Origin: Thermodesulfobacteriota bacterium
GTDB taxonomy: Bacteria > Desulfobacterota > Desulfobacteria > Desulfobacterales > SURF-7
Assembly: GCA_049320885.1 (NCBI GenBank)
Contig: JBMORA010000067.1
Coordinates: 1-38,519 of the forward strand
Reading direction: 5' to 3'
DNA: 38,519 nt
In this document: in pieces, positions 34,066-38,519 of the stretch
How the letters are laid out: the number at the start of each line of letters is the position of its first letter
Position numbering within the stretch: position 1 is the first letter of the stretch
Notes under the pieces: model-generated
Databases searched by the model: none
Seen by the model: the letters and a program-made list of their open reading frames with translations, nothing else
Told to the model about the DNA's origin: nothing
Position numbers and translations under genes: made by a program

Positions 34066-34806
34066 TCAGGCGTCCACCAGCTCGTCCGGGATATCGGCGT
34101 TGGTGTACACTTTCTGGACGTCATCGCAATCATCCAGCATGTCCATCAGCCGGATCATCTGTTCGGCCTCCTTGCCCTGCAGATTGGTGGTGGATTGGGG
34201 CAGCATGGTGATTTCCGCTGTCTCAAAGGGAATGCCGGCGGCCGCTATGGCGGCCTTGACCGCCTCGAAATCGGCGGGCGCCGTGGTGACCTCGAACTGG
34301 TCGCCTTCCTCGCGGACATCCTCGGCCCCGGCTTCGATGGCGATTTCCATGAGTTTGTCCTCGCTCACGGCCTTTTTGTCCACCACCACATACCCCTTGT
34401 TGTGAAACATCCAGGCAACGCAGCCGTTTTCACCCAGGTTGCCGCCGCATTTGTTGAAGATGTGGCGGATTTCGGCCACCGCCCGGTTCTTGTTGTCGGT
34501 CAGGGATTCAATCAGCACGGCGGCACCGCCCGGTCCATAGCCTTCGTAATTGACTTCCTCGTAATTGACGCCCTCGATTTCGCCGGTGCCTTTTTTGATG
34601 GCGCGTTCCAGCTTGTCCTTGGGAAGGTTTTCGGCCTTGGCCGCCTGGACCGCCGAGCGCAAACGGGGGTTGGCGGATATGTCACCCCCGCCCATGCGGG
34701 CGGCGACGGTGATCTCTTTGATCAGCTTGGTGAAGATTTTTCCGCGTTTGGCATCGACAGCGGCTTTTTTGTGCTTGATGCTCGACCATTTGCTGTGTCC
34801 TGACAT
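34066..34806 (-). CDS. yebC: YebC/PmpR family protein
   Basis: [43 protein letters not shown]. Confidence 0.97.
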   Translation of the reverse strand: MSGHSKWSSIKHKKAAVDAKRGKIFTKLIKEITVAARMGGGDISANPRLRSAVQAAKAENLPKDKLERAIKKGTGEIEGVNYEEVNYEGYGPGGAAVLIESLTDNKNRAVAEIRHIFNKCGGNLGENGCVAWMFHNKGYVVVDKKAVSEDKLMEIAIEAGAEDVREEGDQFEVTTAPADFEAVKAAIAAAGIPFETAEITMLPQSTTNLQGKEAEQMIRLMDMLDDCDDVQKVYTNADIPDELVDA

Positions 34807-35420
34807 AACGCCTCCTGTTGTTTCCCTTTTCCGATAATATAGATTTCCTTGCTGGCCTTGCGGCAGCTCTGGGGTTTAAAAATTTTGTGGCTGTCGAAGC
34901 ATCGGCGCACCGTATCCGCGAAGGACTTGAAATCCTCCCCCTGAAAGATTTTACAGACAAATGATCCGCCCGGTCTCAGGCAGGCCCCGGCGATATCGAG
35001 GGCCGCCTGGCAAAGTTCCAGAGATCTGGTGGCGTCCACGATCCGGTTGCCGGTGGTGGCCGGGGCCATATCGCTCAACACCACATCGAAGACGCCGGCG
35101 AAAACCGCCGTAAGTTCTTCATCCGGGGCGAGGATGTCGCCAGTCCATACCCGGACATGGGGGGGGACGGGGATGGACAGGGGGGTCCTGTCGATCCCGA
35201 CCACCTGCCCGCCGGACCCCGCCTGCTCCGCGGCGAACAACAGCCAGGAACCGGGGGCGCATCCCAGATCCAGCACCTTGTCCCCCTTGCGGATCAGGTG
35301 AAATTTGGCCTGGATCTCTTCCAGCTTGTAAACCGAACGGGCCGGTTTGTTTTCCTTTCTGGCCTTGCGGGTGTAATGGTCTTCCCACTGGTTCGGTTTT
35401 GATTTTTGTCGATGATTCAT
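34722..35420 (-). CDS. rlmE: 23S rRNA Um2552 2'-O-methyltransferase
   Basis: [58 protein letters not shown]-terminal tail overlaps yebC. Confidence 0.94.
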   Translation of the reverse strand: MNHRQKSKPNQWEDHYTRKARKENKPARSVYKLEEIQAKFHLIRKGDKVLDLGCAPGSWLLFAAEQAGSGGQVVGIDRTPLSIPVPPHVRVWTGDILAPDEELTAVFAGVFDVVLSDMAPATTGNRIVDATRSLELCQAALDIAGACLRPGGSFVCKIFQGEDFKSFADTVRRCFDSHKIFKPQSCRKASKEIYIIGKGKQQEALCQDTANGRASSTKKPLSMPNAEKSSPS

Positions 35421-35467
35421 ATAATGGCGCACCCTACAAGTCAAGCCGGGAAGTGCCGGCGGGAGGA

Positions 35468-36850
35468 TCAGAACAGGATTTCCATGGCCTCCGCCACGGT
35501 GCCGATCCCGATCACTTCGAGTTCGTGTCCGGCGGTCATGCGTTTCAGGTTGCCGCCGGGCACGATGCAGCGGCTGAAACCCATTTTGGCGGCTTCCTGG
35601 ACCCGCAGATCCACATGGCTGATGGCGCGGACCTCGCCGGCCAGCCCGACCTCACCCAGCACCACGGTGCCGCCGGCCAGGGGCCGGTCCAGAAAGCTGG
35701 AGGCCACGGCGGTGATGATGCCCATGTCCACGGCCGGCTCGATCACTTTGACCCCTCCGGCCACGTTCATGAAAATGTCGTGCCCCATGAGCTGCAGGCC
35801 CAGCTTTTTTTCCATGACCGCCACCAGCAGGGCCACCCGGTTCTGGTCCAGGCCCAGGATGGTGCGGCGGGGGGTTCCCAGGCTGGTGCCGCTGGCCAGG
35901 CCCTGGAGTTCGATCAGAATCGGGCGGGTGCCTTCCATGGTGGCGGTGACCACCGAGCCCGGCGAGTTTTCCGGCCGTTCGGACAAAAACACGGCCGAGG
36001 GATTGGTCACTTCCATGAGCCCGGCCGCCTTCATTTCAAACACGCCGATTTCGTTGGTGGAGCCGAAGCGGTTCTTGACGGCCCGCAGGATGCGGAACAC
36101 ATGGTTGCGATCCCCCTCGAAATACAGCACGGTGTCCACCATATGCTCCATGATCCGCGGGCCGGCGATGGCACCGTCCTTGGTTACGTGGCCCACCAGG
36201 AAGGTCGGGATCCCGGTCCGCTTGGCCATGATCATGAGCTGCATGGTGGATTCGCGCACCTGGGTGACGCTGCCGGGGGCCGAGGCCAGGTCGCCGTTGT
36301 ACATGGTCTGGATGGAATCGATCACCAGCACGTCGGGCCGGACGTCCTCCACCATGGCCATGATGATTTCCAGGCCGATTTCGGATACCACCAGCAGGTT
36401 GGGCGATATGGAGGAAAGGCGCTGGCTGCGGATTTTGAGCTGCCGCACGGATTCCTCGCCGGAAACATAGAGGACCTTGCGGCCCTGGACGGCCAGGCCG
36501 TGAAGGGCCTGGAGCATGAGGGTGGACTTGCCGATGCCGGGATCGCCGCCGATGAGGATCAGGGTGCCGGGGACCAGGCCGCCGCCCAGAACCCGGTCGA
36601 ATTCCGCGATCCGGGTGCGCATCCGTTCCTCGGCGATGAGTTCCACGGAATCGATGGGCACCGGTTCCGGACGAATCCGGCCCGCCGGTCCGTAGACCCT
36701 GGCCGGTTCCGGCGTCTGGGTTTCCTCCGCGAAACTCTGCCACTGGCCGCAGTCCGGGCATTTGCCCAGCCATTTGGGGGTCTGGTATCCGCAGGACTGG
36801 CAGGTGAAGACGGTTTTCTTTTTTTTGGTCGGGCCGGCGCTTGAATTCAT
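35468..36850 (-). CDS. radA: DNA repair protein RadA/Sms
   Basis: CQSCG..KWLGKCPDCGQW zinc finger, GGDPGIGKSTL, KNRFG, GEVGLAGEVR. Confidence 0.97.
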   Translation of the reverse strand: MNSSAGPTKKKKTVFTCQSCGYQTPKWLGKCPDCGQWQSFAEETQTPEPARVYGPAGRIRPEPVPIDSVELIAEERMRTRIAEFDRVLGGGLVPGTLILIGGDPGIGKSTLMLQALHGLAVQGRKVLYVSGEESVRQLKIRSQRLSSISPNLLVVSEIGLEIIMAMVEDVRPDVLVIDSIQTMYNGDLASAPGSVTQVRESTMQLMIMAKRTGIPTFLVGHVTKDGAIAGPRIMEHMVDTVLYFEGDRNHVFRILRAVKNRFGSTNEIGVFEMKAAGLMEVTNPSAVFLSERPENSPGSVVTATMEGTRPILIELQGLASGTSLGTPRRTILGLDQNRVALLVAVMEKKLGLQLMGHDIFMNVAGGVKVIEPAVDMGIITAVASSFLDRPLAGGTVVLGEVGLAGEVRAISHVDLRVQEAAKMGFSRCIVPGGNLKRMTAGHELEVIGIGTVAEAMEILF

Positions 36851-37093
36851 TTTCCATCCAGTGAGAGGGTCGGCATGGATCGGTCCTTATACCGGCTGTC
36901 CGGATTTGACAAGGGAAACTATACCAGGGGGCGGGGAAAGGGGCAATAATCCGCCGGTCCGCAAAAAAATGGTGAAATCTGATTGAAAATCCGATATACA
37001 CATTTTCCACGCGCCACCGCGAAACGATCCGGAATGCAACGCACCGCACCCCGGTCCGGTAGCGGAACCATCATGGAAGGAGACATTGCCTGC

Positions 37094-38014
37094 ATGTCGC
37101 AGCCTTTTGCCATAACCGGAATGCAGTTCCCGTCCCGCCTGCGCCTGGTGCTGATCGCCGCGATCATCACCTTGCTGCCGTTGAGCGCCATGACCGGAAC
37201 GGACTCACCGGCGCCGGATGCCCGGGCAACGCATTTCGATCAGCTCCAGGAACAGCTGATCCAGGACGGTTTCGACCGGATGTTCATCCGATCCCTGTAC
37301 CAGCGCCCGCCGGTGAAGCTGGAGCTGGTGGGGGTGTCGCTCTATGCCAAGCACCGGGAGGCCACCCTCAATTACGATCAATATCTGTCCCGCAAAATGA
37401 TCCGCAAGGCCAAGCGGTACCTGGAAAATTACGAGTCGGAACTGATCCGGGCGGAGAAGGATTACGGCGTGGAAAAAGAGATCATCATCGCCGTGATGCT
37501 GGTGGAAACCCGGCTGGGAACCTACACGGGCGGCCGCTCGGTGTTCAACACCCTGTCGAGCATGTCCGTGCTGGCGGAACCGGCCGTGCGCACCCTGATC
37601 TATGAGGAGATGGTGAAGGGCAGCCGGTCGAAGCTCGACTTCGACGCCTGGGCGGACCGGAAGTCCAAGTGGGCCTATAATGAACTCAAGGCCCTGCTGA
37701 CCTATACGAACAAATACGGCATCGACCCGCTGACCCTGAACGGCTCCTATGCCGGCGCCGTGGGCATTCCCCAGTTCATGCCCTCCAACATCCTGCCCTA
37801 CGGCCGGGACGGCAACGGCGACGGCCGCATCGACCTGTTCAACCACGGGGATGCCATCGCCAGCATCGCCAGTTATTTGAAACAGTTCGGCTGGAAGCCG
37901 GGCATCGACCGGGAAACGAAAATCAAGGTGCTGCTGCGTTACAATTACAGCAAGTATTATGTGGAAACCCTGCTGAAGATCGTGGAGCGGCTGAAGGCAT
38001 ACCCCCATGAATAA
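37094..38014 (+). CDS. Lytic murein transglycosylase, MltB family
   Basis: AEKDYGVEKEIIIAVMLVETRLG (catalytic Glu), GSYAGAVGIPQFMPS, EF-hand-like DGNGDGRIDL, DAIASIASYL...GW, YN.S..Y. Start uncertain (37094 chosen, after AAGGAG). Confidence 0.9.
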   Translation: MSQPFAITGMQFPSRLRLVLIAAIITLLPLSAMTGTDSPAPDARATHFDQLQEQLIQDGFDRMFIRSLYQRPPVKLELVGVSLYAKHREATLNYDQYLSRKMIRKAKRYLENYESELIRAEKDYGVEKEIIIAVMLVETRLGTYTGGRSVFNTLSSMSVLAEPAVRTLIYEEMVKGSRSKLDFDAWADRKSKWAYNELKALLTYTNKYGIDPLTLNGSYAGAVGIPQFMPSNILPYGRDGNGDGRIDLFNHGDAIASIASYLKQFGWKPGIDRETKIKVLLRYNYSKYYVETLLKIVERLKAYPHE

Positions 38015-38210
38015 ATTCGAGCTGATCATCGCCGCCGGGGCCGTATTCTACGCCCTGACCTGCCTGGCGTTCCTGGACATCGCCCGGAAGGATTTCGGCA
38101 GCCTGGCCCGGAAAGTCCTGTGGGGCATCGTGGCCTTCATCCCGTTCATCGGCGTAGTCGTTTATTTTCTGTTCGGCTACCGCCGGGGAAAGCGTCCCGG
38201 TGCGGCATAA
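38007..38210 (+). CDS. Small two-helix membrane protein (PLDc_N-like)
   Basis: 67 aa with the pattern DI....F....KVLW......PFIG...YFLFG.R. Overlaps the upstream gene by 8 nt. Confidence 0.8.
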   Translation: MNKFELIIAAGAVFYALTCLAFLDIARKDFGSLARKVLWGIVAFIPFIGVVVYFLFGYRRGKRPGAA

Positions 38211-38217
38211 AATGATG

Positions 38218-38244
38218 TTGACAACCGCGCCGCTTTTTTATACT
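38218..38244 (+). promoter_or_regulatory. Possible tRNA promoter
   Basis: TTGACA (38218-38223) and TATACT (38239-38244), but the spacer is only 15 bp. Confidence 0.4.
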
Positions 38245-38265
38245 GGTAATGGTCTCTAATCATAG

Positions 38266-38340
38266 GGTCCCATCGTCTAGTGGTTAGGACGCTGGCCTCT
38301 CACGCCGGTAACATGGGTTCGAATCCCATTGGGATCACCA
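38266..38340 (+). tRNA. tRNA-Glu (anticodon CTC)
   Basis: Acceptor stem GGTCCCA/TGGGATC followed by A-CCA. D-arm GTC-TAGTGGTTAG-GAC. Anticodon arm CTGGC-CTCTCAC-GCCGG (CTC at 38299-38301). T-arm ATGGG-TTCGAAT-CCCAT. Confidence 0.97.
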
Positions 38341-38352
38341 AATAACAAAATC

Positions 38353-38385
38353 AAGGGGTTGGATGAAAAATCCAGCCCCTTTTTT
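38353..38385 (+). terminator. Intrinsic terminator after the tRNA
   Basis: aaggggttggat-gaaaa-atccagcccctt followed by a T-run. The A-rich 5' flank suggests it may be bidirectional. Confidence 0.85.
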
Positions 38386-38519
38386 GTTAGGTCTCAACTT
38401 TCGGGATCGATTTAAGCGATCGCCAATTTGTTCTTTGACAAGCCAAGGCACTGCAACGCGGTATTTATGATGGCATCGAAGAAGGCTGCCGCTGTTTTTT
38501 CGCAAAAAACACCTAACTG

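Noticed and set aside
35399..36844. 481-aa and 354-aa plus-strand ORFs
   Set aside because: Antisense shadows of radA.

Overview
GC-rich bacterial chromosomal window, probably from an anaerobic deltaproteobacterium (Desulfobacterales-like; inferred from gene content and order only). About 1.8-25.8 kb is a catabolic island for a hydrophobic carboxylate, split by an AT-rich divergent control region. The leftward arm encodes a beta-keto acid cleavage enzyme (Kce/BKACE) and a GctAB-type CoA-transferase. Beyond it is a separately promoted OFA-type MFS transporter and a partial acetyl-CoA hydrolase/transferase. The ~20.6 kb rightward operon encodes an acyl-CoA dehydrogenase (ACAD) pair, TetR, a PHP metallohydrolase, a third ACAD, a FATP-type ligase, an aldehyde:ferredoxin oxidoreductase (AOR), an SDR and two paralogous modules. 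Each module is a pair of thiolase-fold proteins lacking the catalytic cysteines (Ltp4/Ltp3-like) plus two Zn-ribbon/OB-fold (DUF35) partners. In module 1 the DUF35 partners are fused into a 1005-aa CoA ligase-3xSCP2-DUF35 protein and a DUF35-MaoC hydratase. Module 2 has SCP2-DUF35, a free DUF35 and a crotonase. No canonical thiolase is present. I infer a scaffolded retro-aldol pathway for beta-branched lipids. From 25.9 kb the window holds housekeeping and signalling genes (phosphoesterase, ychJ, PilZ, receiver, hybrid kinase, RidA, trxC, lolA, nadA, yebC, rlmE, radA, MltB-like) and ends with tRNA-Glu(CTC). No CRISPR array, transposase or integrase was seen. All family calls come from motifs and remembered family sequences, not database searches.
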